DNA from: the human T2T-CHM13v2.0 reference genome, Homo sapiens
Direction: 5' to 3' (one strand)
DNA length: 64,000 bases
Assembly (NCBI RefSeq): GCF_009914755.1
Contig: NC_060940.1
Shown here: one piece after another, positions 1 to 17,558 of the stretch
Layout: each line of letters opens with the position of its first letter
Numbering within the stretch: position 1 is the first letter of the stretch
Program-made: the position numbers and the translations under genes
Notes under the pieces: model-generated
The model's database searches: none
The model's input: the letters and a program-made list of their open reading frames with translations, nothing else
What the model was told of the DNA's origin: nothing

Positions 1-878
1 GGTGTCAATCAGTACCCTCTTTGTAATGGCTGTTTGGTATTCTGTTTCTTCTTTTTTTTTGGAAGTGCTACAAATTATTTCTTCAAATGGCCCCCCTCTA
101 TTTTTTTTCCTCCGAACTCCTGTTGAAAAATATATGAACTCTTTGCAAGTTTTTGCTCTGGCAGACAATAAATAACCTGCATCTTAATTCTGAGCACTTT
201 GAAGCTTTCTGACAGTTGCCCAATTGGTATTTTAGCCTCTTAGAATGTGGAACTCTATTGTTCAGACAGAGGCGTATTGAAAGCCTTGGTACACACAACA
301 GATGCCAGTGGGGCTCCTCAGGTGGACATCCCAGTGGGAGGTTACTGCCCCTGAATTATCTACAGGAGCTCCAAGAGGCCCCAGAGCACGATATGGAGCT
401 TTTTAAAGCCTTGAGAAGAAGAACCCTTGCAAGTGGACTGACTGGGGAGCTTCAAGCCTGAAGTCTGACTCATTTCATGGAGAAGCTAATTAGAGAGGAC
501 CCTTCCCGCCATCCTCACGGTGCAGTGCAGAACAGCATCCCTGGTTGGTCCCCACAGTGTGTGTATCACCCCTCAGCTTGGTGCTGTGCCTTACACATAC
601 AGGGAACTGGGGTGGCTGCCCCTTAGAACAGCAGGAGTATTAAGAGTCCATGCAGTGTGTGGCCCTGTCCCTACTTCCATCTCCACCTTGTCCTACTCTG
701 GTTAAATAGGGAGTACATTGTTTTGCCATATTTCTGTTTTATACATTTCTAGGACTGAACATTTTACAGCAAACTTGTATTGCCTTTGTATGTTCAAGAA
801 AAATTATTTTTAGAAATTTAAGCCTGGGCAACATAGTGAGACCCAGTCTGTACAAAATATGAATTAAAAAAAAACTTA

Positions 879-1067
<189 letters not shown>

Positions 1068-1201
1068 TCATGCCTGTAATCCTAGCACTTTGGGATGCAG
1101 AGGCAGGCAGATCACCTGAGGTCAGGGGTTCGAGACCTGCCTGGCCAACATGGTGAAATGCCATCTCTACTAAAAAAAAAAATACAAAAATTAGCCAGGT
1201 A

Positions 1202-1991
<790 letters not shown>

Positions 1992-3464
1992 TTAGCCGGG
2001 CATGGTGGCTCATGCCTATAATCCCAGCTACTCTGGAGGCTGAGGCAGGAGAATCACTTGAACCCAGGAGGTGGAGGTTGTGTTGAGCCAAGATCATGCC
2101 ATTGCACTGGGCAACAAGAGCAAAGTCTCAATAATAATAAATTTCAATTAAAATTCCAAGACAGTAGCCTATCAGTAAGTGAAAAATTTGGTGTCCATCC
2201 TCATCCACCACTCCAATATTACACCTAATAGTTTGGCATTTATCTTGCCTGACCTTTCTATGCATCTACATAAGTTTATATACTTTTTTTCCTTTGCAAA
2301 GATAGGCTCACACGTATACAGCTGTGTGACTTTTTGTCCTTTTTTTTTCTTTTTTTCCCCCGCCACCCTCCCCCCCGATTTTTTGTATGTAATATGTCAT
2401 AGATGTCTTTATACCTCAAATATACCTCAAAACATATAGATCTGCCTTATGCTCTTTATTAGCTATATTACTTGCTTGGTGCAACAGTGCAGTAATTTCT
2501 TTTTTTTTTTTTTTTTTTTTTTTTACATTTTGGAACTTTAAGCTGTTTTCACTTTTTCTTCAAATGATCTTAGAGTTGATATAAAGATATCTTCATCCAA
2601 CAGGAATGATTGACCCAATCATTTATAGTAGCTAGGCAGCATGAATAATCAAAACATACAGTTTACCTAGCATCTTCAGCTAAGCCCTTATTTTCAGCTT
2701 CTGTCTGCATCTCACCCTTTCCCGCAGCTATTTGCTTGTGACATATATTTTGGAGTCCATCTGTGGGGTTTTAATGGCTTTGTGTTCTGAGTGTTTGATT
2801 TCTTCCTGTCCTTGCAGAAGTTTCCCGAATACCGTGTTCTTTCAGTGGTCCACAGACCTTTTGAAACTACTCAGGTTGAGAACAGGAGAGCCTGAAACTT
2901 CAGATGGAAAATGTCAAATGTGATATTTTGCCAGTGAGCATCCCTGGCGTTTACTCGTCATATATACAAAATAATGAGGTAGTCTGTCCCCATATTTTTA
3001 GCAAGGACCCCAACAATTCTTACAATAGAGCAGTCCAAGAGTACTACAGTGCTCTTACAAATATGGGGGCAGTGGCTATGTTTATGCAATTTTTCTTACT
3101 ATGAATACGGGGACGGTGGCTGCGTTTCTGGAGTTTCTCTTACTACGAATATGGGGATGGTGGCTGTCTGTGTTTGCTCTCTGCCCAGCAGAGAGCAGTG
3201 CCGTGAGATGCGTCAATTGCTGTGTGGAAAGAACCATAGAATGCTGCTCAAAAAAGTGAAGTCCCTTTTTCAAGAAAAAGGGGTCTCAAATACAGTGACT
3301 GTAGTGTTGGGTCAGCAAGACCTGAGTGGGGTTTTTCTGGTTTGGGTTTTGCCTTTAAGATGGGATATGCAGTGATTGTTCTGAGATACTGGAAATATAA
3401 GCAGAAAAAAAAAAAAGGTATATGGAAAAGAAACATGGATGTCCCAGCAGGGAACAGTGGCTCA

Positions 3465-3791
<327 letters not shown>

Positions 3792-3864
3792 CTAGTCCGT
3801 GTACTTGCTGCTTTTCCCCTTCCTCTAGTGGAACCAGGACAATATATATTTTTTCCTTTTCTAA

Positions 3865-5067
3865 AAAAATTTTTGTGGGTACTTAGTAAGTGTATATATT
3901 TACAAGGTACATGAGATGTTTTGATTCAGGCAGGCAGTGTATAATAATTACATCCTAGAGAATGGTGTATCCATCTCCTCAAGCATTTATCCTGTGTGCT
4001 ACAAACAATTCAGTTATATTCTTTCAGTTATTTTTAAATGTACAATTAAATTATTGACTAGAGTCACTGTGTTGTGCTATCAAATACTAGGTCTTATTCA
4101 TTCTTTCTATTTTTATTTTGTACGCAGTAACCATTCCCACTCCCCACCATGCCCCACCATTACCCTTCCCAGCCTCTGGTAACTATCCTTCTACTCTCTG
4201 TCTCCATGGGTTCAATTGTTTTTGTTTTTAGCTCCCACAAATAAGTGAGAACATGCAAAGTTTGCCTTCCTGTGCCTGGCTTAATTCACTTAACATAATG
4301 CCCTCCAGTTTCACCCATGTTGTTGCAAATGACAGAATCTCCTTTTTTATGGCTGCATAGTACTCCATTGTGTATATGTACCACATTTTCTTTATCCATT
4401 TGTCTGTTGACGGACACTTAGATTGCTTCCAAATCTTGGCTATTGTGAACAGTGCTAAAACAAACAGGAGTGCAGATATCTCTTCGATATACTGATTTCC
4501 TTTCTTTTGGGGGTAAATCCAGTGGTGGGATTGCTGGATCCTATGGTAGCTCTATTTTTAGCTTTTTCAGAAACCTCCGAATTGTTCTCCGTAGTAGTTG
4601 TACTAATTTAACATTTGCACCAGCAGTGTGTGAGGGTTCCCCTTTTCTCCACATTCTCACCAGCATTTGTCGTTGCCTGTCTTTTGGATAAAAGCCATTT
4701 TAACTGGGGTTCGATGATATCTCATTATAGTTTTCATTTGCATTTCTCTGATCAATGATGTTGAGCACCTTTTCATATGCTTGTTTGCCATTTGTATTTT
4801 TTTTTTGAGAAACATCTATTGAAATCTTTTGCCCATTTTTAAAATCTGATTATTAGATTTTTTCTCCTATAGAGTTGTTTGAGCTCCTTATGTTCTGGTT
4901 ATTAATCCTTTATCAGATGGGTAGTTTGCAAATATTTTCTCCCATTCTGTGGGTTCTCGTTTCACTTTGTTGATTGTTTCCTTTGCTGTGCGGAGCTTTT
5001 TAAGTTGATGTGATCCCATTTGTCCATTTTTGCTTTGGTTGCCTGTGCTTGTGGGGTATTACTCAAA
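3865..5067 (-). mobile_element. L1 (L1MA-like) 3' fragment
   Basis: L1 3' UTR and ORF2-end motifs (ccacattttctttatccatt, gggattgctggatc, tttgcaaatattttctcccattctgt). Confidence 0.85.
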
Positions 5068-5696
5068 GAGGGGACAATATTCTTTACTACTGGGAATCTG
5101 AGTTCTCCTTTTTCTGTAGGTCTTTAAAAAAAAATCCGTTATATCTTAAATGAGCTTCCATAGCTCTTAATAGCTACAAAACAAAGTGTTACATGAAGTT
5201 GACATGATTATTCTGAACTTTAAACTATAAGGATAAACTGCTGTCACATGGGGTAGGATTTGATTTCTAATTACTTAAGATAAGATTGAGAAGTCTCCAG
5301 ACAATATTTTCTATATGGGGCAAGTCTTCTGAGGATAGAACTAAAAATCTGCTTTGGAACCCTGCATGCCCCAACCTTTAAATAACTGTTTATTTTAGCT
5401 CCGTCCTTTAGAGTGGAAACTGGGCGGGGTGGGTGAGAGGAGCCAAGTTCTGGGGACAAAGCTGCTCTCTTTTTAATGAGGCATAATAATAGGCACATTC
5501 TCTGGGCCAGTCAGTAACAAACACATAAATAGAAAAAAATGGTCTTTCAAGTTGCTCTGAGCAGAATTTGCATTCCCACTGAGAACCTTGTTTCATGATA
5601 TACTTACTTCACTGTGGGACTGCCGGAGGACTAAGGAAATGAACTGCTTAAAGATAGGGCCTAGGAGATCCTGTGGGTTCCATAAGTAGGGCCATG

Positions 5697-5804
5697 TTTT
5701 TCTTTCTTTCTTCCTTTCTTTCTTTCTTCCTTTCTTCCTTTCTTCCTTTCTTCCTTTCTTCCTTTCTTTCTTTCTTTCTTTTCTTTCTTTCTTTCTTTCT
5801 TTTT
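5697..5804. repeat. (CTTT/CTTC)n polypyrimidine microsatellite (Alu tail-derived)
   Basis: Direct reading; abuts a minus-strand Alu. Confidence 0.9.
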
Positions 5805-7392
5805 GAGACAGAGCATTGCTCTGTTGCCCAGGCTCGGCTCACTGCAACCTCTGACCGACGGGTTCAAGTGATTCTCCTGCCTCAGCCTCCCGAGTAGCTG
5901 GAATTACAGGCATGTGCCACCATGCCCAGCTAATTTTTGTATTTTTAGTACAGACAGGGTTTCACCATATTGGCCAGGCTGGTCTCGAACTCCTGACCTC
6001 AAGTGATCGACCCACTGGCCTCCCAAAGTGCTGAGATTACAGGCGTGAGCTACCGTACCTGGTTGGGCCATGTCTTACTAGTGGTCACAAGATAGAAGAC
6101 CCTGCAGGCTCTGACCCTTTCTGGAAGGTTTCTCTATCAGAACGGACATCAGGTGGCTTTTCCTCAAGCCCCATATTTAATGTCTCTCCCCAAAACAATT
6201 GAGATAAGTGGATTCATAGACCAAAATACGTAACAGGCTTAGAAAATAAGTGTTGGCCCAATGCGGTGGCTCACGCCTGTAATCCCAGAACTTTAGGAGG
6301 CTGAGTCAGGCAGATCGCTTGAGCTCAGGAGTTTGGGACCAGCTTGGGCAACACGGTGAAACCCCATCTCTACAAAAAATACAAAAATTAGCCAGGGATG
6401 ATGGTGCACTCCTGTAGTCCCAGTTACTGGGGAGGCTGAGGTAGGAGGATGGCTGGAGCCCAGGAGGCAGAGGCTGCAGTGAGTCGAGATCACACCGTTG
6501 CACTTCAGCCTGTGCGACAGAGCAAGACCCTGTCTGGAAAAAAAAAAAAAAAAACCAGAAAAAAAAATAGTTGTTAATTAGTATGATTATGTTGGTCTCA
6601 TTGCCACAGTTTATGTTGTCAACGCTTTCTCTCACTTTTTTTTCATCTGTTTGTCTACCTGCCCATGACAGTACCCTGTTCACAGTTGGGGCTTAATAAA
6701 TGTGGAAGGGGTTTGAGTTTGGGGTTCAGGAGACAGCCAGGCAAAGAAGCTTCCAGAGCAGAGCTAACTTGACTCAGAAAGCTTTACAAGGAGTGTCTTT
6801 CTGTGACATGTTTTTTTTCCCTCTCCTTTGAAGAAGGAAGAGATGGCAAAACTCCACCATCCATCTTCAGACACATACTCTTCTCATTAAACATAGGCCT
6901 TTCTTCCCAGGAAAGTGAGCATTTGCTGTTGCATTTGCCCCTCTGGTGTGCTGGCCGGTGTTCCTGTTTTAATTCAGGATGCTGTTCACCCCTACAGTGT
7001 TCTCTTTGCATCACTGGAAGTCGTTTTGGAGTGGAAGTCCATTTGGACCATGAAAACATTTGATCTTGTCGGGTAGTTTAAAATTTCATTTGTCAGGTCA
7101 GTGTTTTGATTGTTTTGACCTTGAGGCTTTTTCTCACGGTCAATACCTTGGCAGTTTTAGAAAGAACTTTCACTCCCTCTCCGTCTTCCCCTCCACCTCC
7201 CATCCTTCCTGCTCTCCCTCATCCCTTCCACCCCGTCTCCTGTTGTGCACACACATTCTCTCTCCACTCCTTTTCTTCCTCTCTTACTCCCTTTGAAGTC
7301 TTCTTGTTTTACAGATTTTTTCATAGCTCTTTAAATATCTTCATTTCCCAAACGATTCTATGGAGCTGATGTTAATCAGAAGCCTTTAAGCT

Positions 7393-7394
<2 letters not shown>

Positions 7395-7435
<41 letters not shown>
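7395..7435. repeat. (GT)20 microsatellite
   Basis: Direct reading. Confidence 0.95.
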
Positions 7436-7439
<4 letters not shown>

Positions 7440-7974
7440 GTTCCTTCAGACATTTTGATGGCTATTTAACAAAAATGGTGTGCACTAGAATAGATTCAAA
7501 CTGACCTGGGTTTGAGCTGCAGCTCTACCACCAACACTGGAACTTCATACACAGGACACTGTTGCAGGATGAATTGCTTCTCTTTCCTTCCCTTATTTCT
7601 CGTCTGTGAAGTACACGTGTTGACAGCACCTTCCTCGCACTGGTAGACATGAGAATTCAATGAACCAATCCAAGTTGAGCTTTAGCCCAGGCAACTGTCA
7701 TTTCTAGACTTTTTACAAAAATTTGCGACCTGCTTTTTTCACTTAATAATCTAAAGACAATTTAACAGAGGTTCTCTGAGCTGAAGCAGTGCCCTGTCAA
7801 GCAAATATTCCTCCAGCTCCATCATGGTTTGCAGAAACCTTCTGCTAGGACCTGCCCTCGGCATGGCCTGGCTTCTACCTAACTCTCAGGACTGGCCTTC
7901 AGGCCACGTGAAGAAGAAAGCCAACTAAATTTCCCAGAGTTCTAATATACTGACTTTTATCTTCTGTCTTGCAG

Positions 7975-8114
7975 CTGATGCTTTTTTCAAAGCCGCTATA
8001 AGCCTTGTTCCGGAAGTTCCAAAGATGATTAATATTGACGGGAAGATGCGGCCATCGGAATCGTTCCTTCTGGAATTCCTCTGCAATTTCTTTTCTACTT
8101 TATTAATAGTTCCG
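7975..8114 (+). CDS. VPS35L: VPS35L (Retriever/Commander subunit) internal coding exon: (A)[46 protein letters not shown]
   Basis: CTGAC branch-like motif, pyrimidine tract and cag acceptor at 7972-7974; gtacgt donor at 8115. 140 nt, ends phase 0 and joins the next exon in frame. Peptide matches the VPS35L C-terminal region as I recall it. Confidence 0.95.
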
Positions 8115-8315
8115 GTACGTTTCCTCAGCAGAACCGCAGGACATGTCTTCCTTTCACCTGCCTTATAATATTATATGTGTTCTTAGGCCTAAAACTGCAG
8201 GAACATTCTATCTAGTATCTTTGTGTTGGTTTTCCAGTTAGGTATTTGAATTGCTTAATGAATTTTCTATTCTTGCTGGGTGGAGGTCGTACTATAATAG
8301 TAGAGGTGAGGTACT

Positions 8316-9100
<785 letters not shown>

Positions 9101-10020
9101 GTCCACTGCACTCTCTATACTGCCAAGGCAGAGGTGTCGCCCAGTGGGGAAGGGCACAGGCCTCGGAACCAAGATGTCCAGCATGGAATCCTGGCCCATC
9201 CTTCTTCCAGCTCTGCGTTCTTGGGCAATAATATAACATCCCTGGGCTGCAGTTTCCTTGTCTATAAAATGAGGATAAGAACTGTCACTTCTGGGTTGCC
9301 ATGAATATTAAGTTAGTGAGTACTCACAATGTCAGAACCATGCCTCTGCACATAGTAAACTTTCTAGAAAGCACTAAGAAGGTGGCGACAAAGTTCTTTT
9401 GATGGCAAATAACAGAAACTAAACATAGCAGAAATTAAGAGGGGCATTGTTGGAAGGATGCTGGGTTTTTCCTGGGATGGAAGAGATGTACAGCCAGGCT
9501 TGAGTTGGAAAGAATGAGGCCACTCCCGGGACCCAGCAGGAGGAATTCCTGGACCCTCCCTAGCAAGGGTCCTTATAACTTGGAGTCCATCTACTCCCTG
9601 GGGGTCTGGCAGAGTGACATGAATTTGGATGAGGAAAATGACAGCTTTATTTTAACAAACCTCTGAGTGAAATTTACCTTTCACTCGATGAATTACAGGC
9701 AAAAAGCCACAGTAGTAGTAGCAGTAGCTGGGACTTTGTCACCAAAAGAAATCAACAGATATGTTCACATCACATTTCAGATGTGAAAGATATTTCAGAA
9801 GATTGTGTATGTTCTTCTTCCTTTCAAAGCACAGCAGTTATTAAGCCCATTGCTAGAGCTGTTAATGCATTCACAAAGAAGCAACAGATTACAGTATCAC
9901 AGAAGCATTGAAAAAATATTTTGCCAGCTGTATTTTAGTGTAATTGGTTTGCTTTTTAGTCTTATGTGTTTTATTTGCTGCATTAAAAATAATATTCCAA
10001 GGACTGGGCACCGTGGCTCA

Positions 10021-10714
<694 letters not shown>

Positions 10715-11604
10715 TTAAAATGCAGATTCCTGGGGCCCCTCCCAGAGTCTCACTCAGTAGGTTGAAATAGGCTCACAAATCAGCATTTTTAAAATCATCT
10801 AATTGTTTTATTTTGAGAAGGGGTCTTGCTGTATGCCTAGGCTGAGCTCCTGGGCTAAAGTGATCCTCCTGCCTCAGCCTCCCAAGTAGCTGGGCCAACA
10901 GGCATGTGCCAGCCACCACGCCTGGCTAATTTTTTTTTAATGTTTTATAGAGGTACATTCTCACTACATTTCCCAGGCTGGTCTTGAACTCCTGGCCTCA
11001 AGCAATCCTCCTCCCTCACCCTCCCCAGTACCTGGGATTACAGGTGGGATCAACCATGTTTGGCAAATGGGCATTTTTAAAAGCCCCCTTCAGTGATTCA
11101 GGGGTAAGTGGTCCTAGGACCATATTTGAGAAACATCACCCTGAACTTGAGCCATAAAAGTGCCTGAGCTCCAGTGGATCCAGGTTCCTTTTTGGGGTGA
11201 TGATATGTTCCAAAATTGACTGTATTGATGATCGCACAACTCTGTGAATATCCTGACAATCACTGAATTGTACATTTTAGCAGGTATACTGTTTGGCATG
11301 TGAATTATATCTCAGTAAAGCTGAGAAAACAGAAAGTGACTCAGCTTCTGACTCTCCCTGTTCAGATTCCAAGTCTTCAGACAGAGGGGAGCGAGGTCAG
11401 GAGGCCAGGCTCAAGGACTGCAGACATGGCTTCAGGATGGGGGCCTCTTGTTGTCCTGCAGGGAGGATAGGCGGCACCCCAAGATGGGGCAGCGTGCACT
11501 GGCATTTTCTAGAGCCCCTTCACTTGACACTTGATGTCACTGTTTTCAGATCTCCATATTAGTACTCTGTAAGTTTCTCTCTTTGGGTAAGCTAGTTATT
11601 TATC

Positions 11605-11713
11605 AAGTGAGAAGGCAAAAGAAAAAAAATCAGGGTTTTGAATTAAGCAGTTGGTAAAAGTGAGAAGGCAAAAGAAAAAAATCAGGGTTTTGAATTAAGC
11701 AGTTGGTAAAAGT
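11605..11713. repeat. Direct tandem duplication, 53/52 bp
   Basis: aagtgagaaggcaaaag(a)ntcagggttttgaattaagcagttggtaa occurs twice, differing by one A. Confidence 0.95.
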
Positions 11714-12328
11714 CATTGTTTATTGATTAATCGGGATGCATTCAGCATCTGCAGGTTAAAAATCACTGGAGCCTTTTTGAAAAGCCTTCTCAGATTCAGA
11801 AGCTTCTGTTCAGTCCTGACCTGAAGAGTTCATAGCGCTGAGACTTTGGGAAAGTTTTATAACTCCTCAGAGCTTCAGTTGTTACCTTTCTGAGGTGTCA
11901 TCACAGTGCCCACCTCAAATGACTCCTGTGAGGGTTAAATGAAATGATAGCTGGGAAAGTGCTTTGTAAACCTGAAACTCTGTCCCTGGGATTACAGATT
12001 GATGTCTGGAGGGCAGATCCAGCCGGTAGACATGTAGACACTTGCTGGCTATGTCCTGATGGAGAACATTTGGAATGAGTTTCCTACATTTAAAAATTGG
12101 TAGATCACAGAAAATCCCAGATTTGCATCTCCCCTTGAAAAATCAGGTCCTATCACGTGGGGCCCGCATCCTGCGACCTGGCCAGTTGGCTGCAGCTGGG
12201 TACCAGCTGCCCTGTGCAGGCAGCGTATGCCTTTCTCTCCAGTTTTCCTGGGTACCTCTGGACCCATTAACCCCATTTCTGTTGTCCACTTGGCCCCTTA
12301 GGCATTTGTGGAAAGAGCTCCTGCTCTC

Positions 12329-12444
12329 AACAGATTCATTATTCCTTGAACAGATTTGAGTTATTTATTCCTTGAACAGATTTATTATTCCTTGAACAGA
12401 TTTGCGTTATTATTCCTTGAACAGATTTGAGTTATTTTTCCTTG
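12329..12444. repeat. Five-unit 20-26 bp minisatellite AACAGATT...TTCCTTG
   Basis: Direct reading. Confidence 0.9.
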
Positions 12445-13364
12445 TAGCATTGCATGTGTTTTAGCTGGGGTTTAGTAATGATATGAGACAAAGAATAGCT
12501 GCAGTTCACAACACCTCACTAGGTGCCCCATGCCTTGCTAACGCCACTCATTAATACTCACTTCCTGGGAGTCCTCCACCCAAGCCCCCCAAGGTAGGAA
12601 TCATTGCACCTTTTTCACTCATGAAACCTGAGCCAGAGGGCCCTTGCAATGTGCCTGAGGTCACAAAGCTTATAAGTAGCAGAGCTGGGATTTGAACCGA
12701 GGGCTACGCTATTCCAGAGCCTGTCCTGCATGACTGAAGCCGGAAACGTTTGCAGTGTGCCTTATTTGCTCAAGATAATTGAGCACTAGCAACCCTGTAT
12801 CCCTCCTTGTGGGACACGGCATTAGTAACTACTCACAGATGCTACAGGATGTTTATCCTGAATAGCCAGGGCTAAGAGCTGAATAAACTCTCAGGTGATG
12901 GGATGCGCCACACCTGAGCCATGCCCATTATGAGTAGATCTAGCATTAACAAGACTCCCACATCTCACTTCTACCTGGTTCAGTTTTTTTCTTTTTCTTT
13001 TTTTTTTTTTTTTTTTTTTTTTTTGGAGAATCTTCCTCTGTCACCCAGGCTAGATGGAATGCAGTGCGCGATCTCGGCTCACTGCAACCTCTGCCTCCTG
13101 GGTTAAAGCAATTCTCGTGCCTCAGTCTCCCAAGTAGCTGAGACTACAGGCGCCCACCACCACACCTGGCTAATTTTTTTTTTGTCTTTTAGTAGAGGCA
13201 GGATTTCATCATGTTGGCCAGGCTGGTCTCGAACTCCTGAGCTCAAGTGATCTGCCTGCCTTGGCCTCCCAAAGTGCTGGGATTTGTGCTGGGATTACAG
13301 ACATGAGCCTCTGCGTGCAGCCTACTCAGTTCAAATTATTTGTTACCTTTCAGGTCACAGCTTT

Positions 13365-14720
<1,356 letters not shown>

Positions 14721-15811
14721 GATTTTCTTAAAGGATGGGTTTGAAAGTTTGATTCATTTTATTTGTTTAGAAAAGATAGGAACTACCAGGCACGGCTGCT
14801 CATACCTGTAATCCCAGCACTTTAGGAGGCCATGGTGGGTGGATCACCTGAAGTCAGGAGTTCGAGACCAGCCTGGCAAATGTAGCAAAACCCCATTTCT
14901 ACTAAAAATACAAAAGTCAGCTGTGCATGGTGGCATGCGCCCATAACCCCAGCTGCTCAGGAGGCTGAGGCAGGAGAATCATTTGAACCCAGGAGATGGA
15001 GGTTGTAGTGAGCCAAGATTATGCCATTGCACTCCAGCCTGGGTGACAAGAGCAAAACTCCGACTCAAAAAACACACACACAAAAAGAAAGGATAGAAAC
15101 CATTTGATACCAGATCAAGTCCCTGGTCCAATTTATTGATTCTTACAAATGTGGGAGTAAACAGTCCCCAGGGTGGCCCTCTCTCCCCTGCAGACAGAGA
15201 ACTTTTTGGAGCATGTTGAAATGTTCTGCTTTAGCATCAGTAGTCGTCAGCCTAGTCAGGGACTAGTTTGTGGAATAATCTTCCCTATATAATCAAACTG
15301 GCTCATTTCATGTAACAATGTGGTAAGACAAAGTAGACTTGACTGAACAAGTTCAGTGTCACAGTTTTGAGGCCTAGTTTTGATACAGTTGCAATTTGCA
15401 AGAAATGGAAATGCTACTACCATCAGTTTTGTAGCACTAACGATCTCGGATCCAGCAGGGAGATGTCTTTTCTCCTTCTTATCCTGGAGAGAAAGGTCCA
15501 GCCATAAACACAGCAAGTTGTCCAGGTCTATGTTTCATCATTCCGTCTATTCCACAAACATTTGTCGATCCAGGAATTAAGGAGTGAGCAAGAGAAGCAT
15601 ACCCCAACTCAGGAGGACAGACTTCATGTTAAACAAATAAGTACACATTTAACTACAATTGCACAAAGCGCCATAAAGAACTACAGAAGCCAACTACAGT
15701 TGGCACTGGTCCACCAAGAGGCTGATGACTACTGATTAGTGCTGGAAAACTGATGGTATTAGTAATAACACTTCCAGCTTCTCAGGAGGCTGAGGCGGAA
15801 GGATTGCTTGA

Positions 15812-16111
<300 letters not shown>

Positions 16112-16926
16112 TGATCTTGAACTCCTGACCTCGTGATCCACCTGCCTCGGCCTCCCAGAGTGCTGGAATTACAGGCGTGAGCCATGCGTCCAGCAAGAAA
16201 AAGTTTTTTAATGAACCATAGAGACCTCTCAGAGCTCCAGATTTGGGGGATGGGGTCAGATAATCAGGAGAGTTCCCGAAGAAAGTGCCATTTGAGCTGT
16301 GATCTGAAGGAACACTAGTAAGTAGTCAGCTAGGCACAGATGGGGAGAGGAGAGGGCATTCTGGGCCGAGGACACAGCGTGGGTGAAATCCTGGAGGTGG
16401 GAAGCAGCACTGTGCTCCAGAGGGACTGGAGGAGAGCCAGAGTGACTGGCACATCAGGAGGGCACAGGGGATGCCCGAGCTGCTGGTGAGACAGACAGGA
16501 CTGAGAGAAACAGCAAGCTGGTCTCTGACAGCTTCCCGTCAAGTGGTGATCTGTCTCCCTTCGTCCTCCCCTGCCCTCCCACTATCTCTGTTTTCCCCAG
16601 TGCCCTTTCTTTCCTTTCCCTGTTCTTCCTTTTGGAAGAACATACGAGCTCACCTGTGTTCTGGTTCCTTTTCTAAAGGGCCTTATGATTACTTAACCAA
16701 CCTCATAACCATGGACCAGCCAACATTTCACAAATACTCACTCAAAACAAGCCTGTTATTATCACCCTCGTTTCACAGAAGTGGAAACTGGGGTGCAGAA
16801 AGATGAAGGGTCAGCAGCTGGTCAGTGACGAGCCAGGGTCCAAGGCCAGGATGTCTGCCCAGCCGCCATGCTCACTGCCTTTCATCTTGGTTCTCCTAGG
16901 AAGAGTTAGTTACTTCTAGGGTATTA

Positions 16927-16991
16927 TTAGATTGGTGCAAAAGTAATTGTGGGTTTTGCCATTGAAAATAATTACTTCTACACCAACCTAA
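16927..16991. mobile_element. MADE1 (Hsmar1 mariner MITE), internally deleted
   Basis: TIRs TTAGATTGGTGCAAAAGTAATT / AATTACTTCTACACCAACCTAA with TA target duplication at 16925-16926 and 16992-16993. Confidence 0.85.
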
Positions 16992-17283
16992 TACTTTTTT
17001 CCCAAGGGGTTTAGTAGAAGGATTCCTGCAGACCAGAAACCCAGAGGGATATTGCTGATGTGGTAGGTGTTGGGCCAGCAGGGAGAGAGGTCTGAGCCCC
17101 TGCCAGGTGCTACCTGGGAGCCACTTTGTCAGCATTTGTTTGTTCTACTTGGGAGGTAGCCCTGCCAGGGACACCTGGGGACACCTTTTCCCACTGGAAG
17201 CGCCATCTGAATCCAGAACCGTTTTCTTTGTCTTAAGAAAAAAAAAAAATCTTTGTCTGCCTTACTTCAGCTGTTGGCACTGA

Positions 17284-17558
<275 letters not shown>

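Noticed and set aside
2790-2985. Acceptor-like tcttcctgtccttgcag with downstream donor-like sites; possible extra VPS35L exon
   Set aside because: No frame matches the VPS35L protein as I recall it, and donors are weak. Cannot be supported without RNA data.
5648-5897. K/E/R-rich and F/L/S-rich ORFs
   Set aside because: Translations of the (CTTT/CTTC)n microsatellite.
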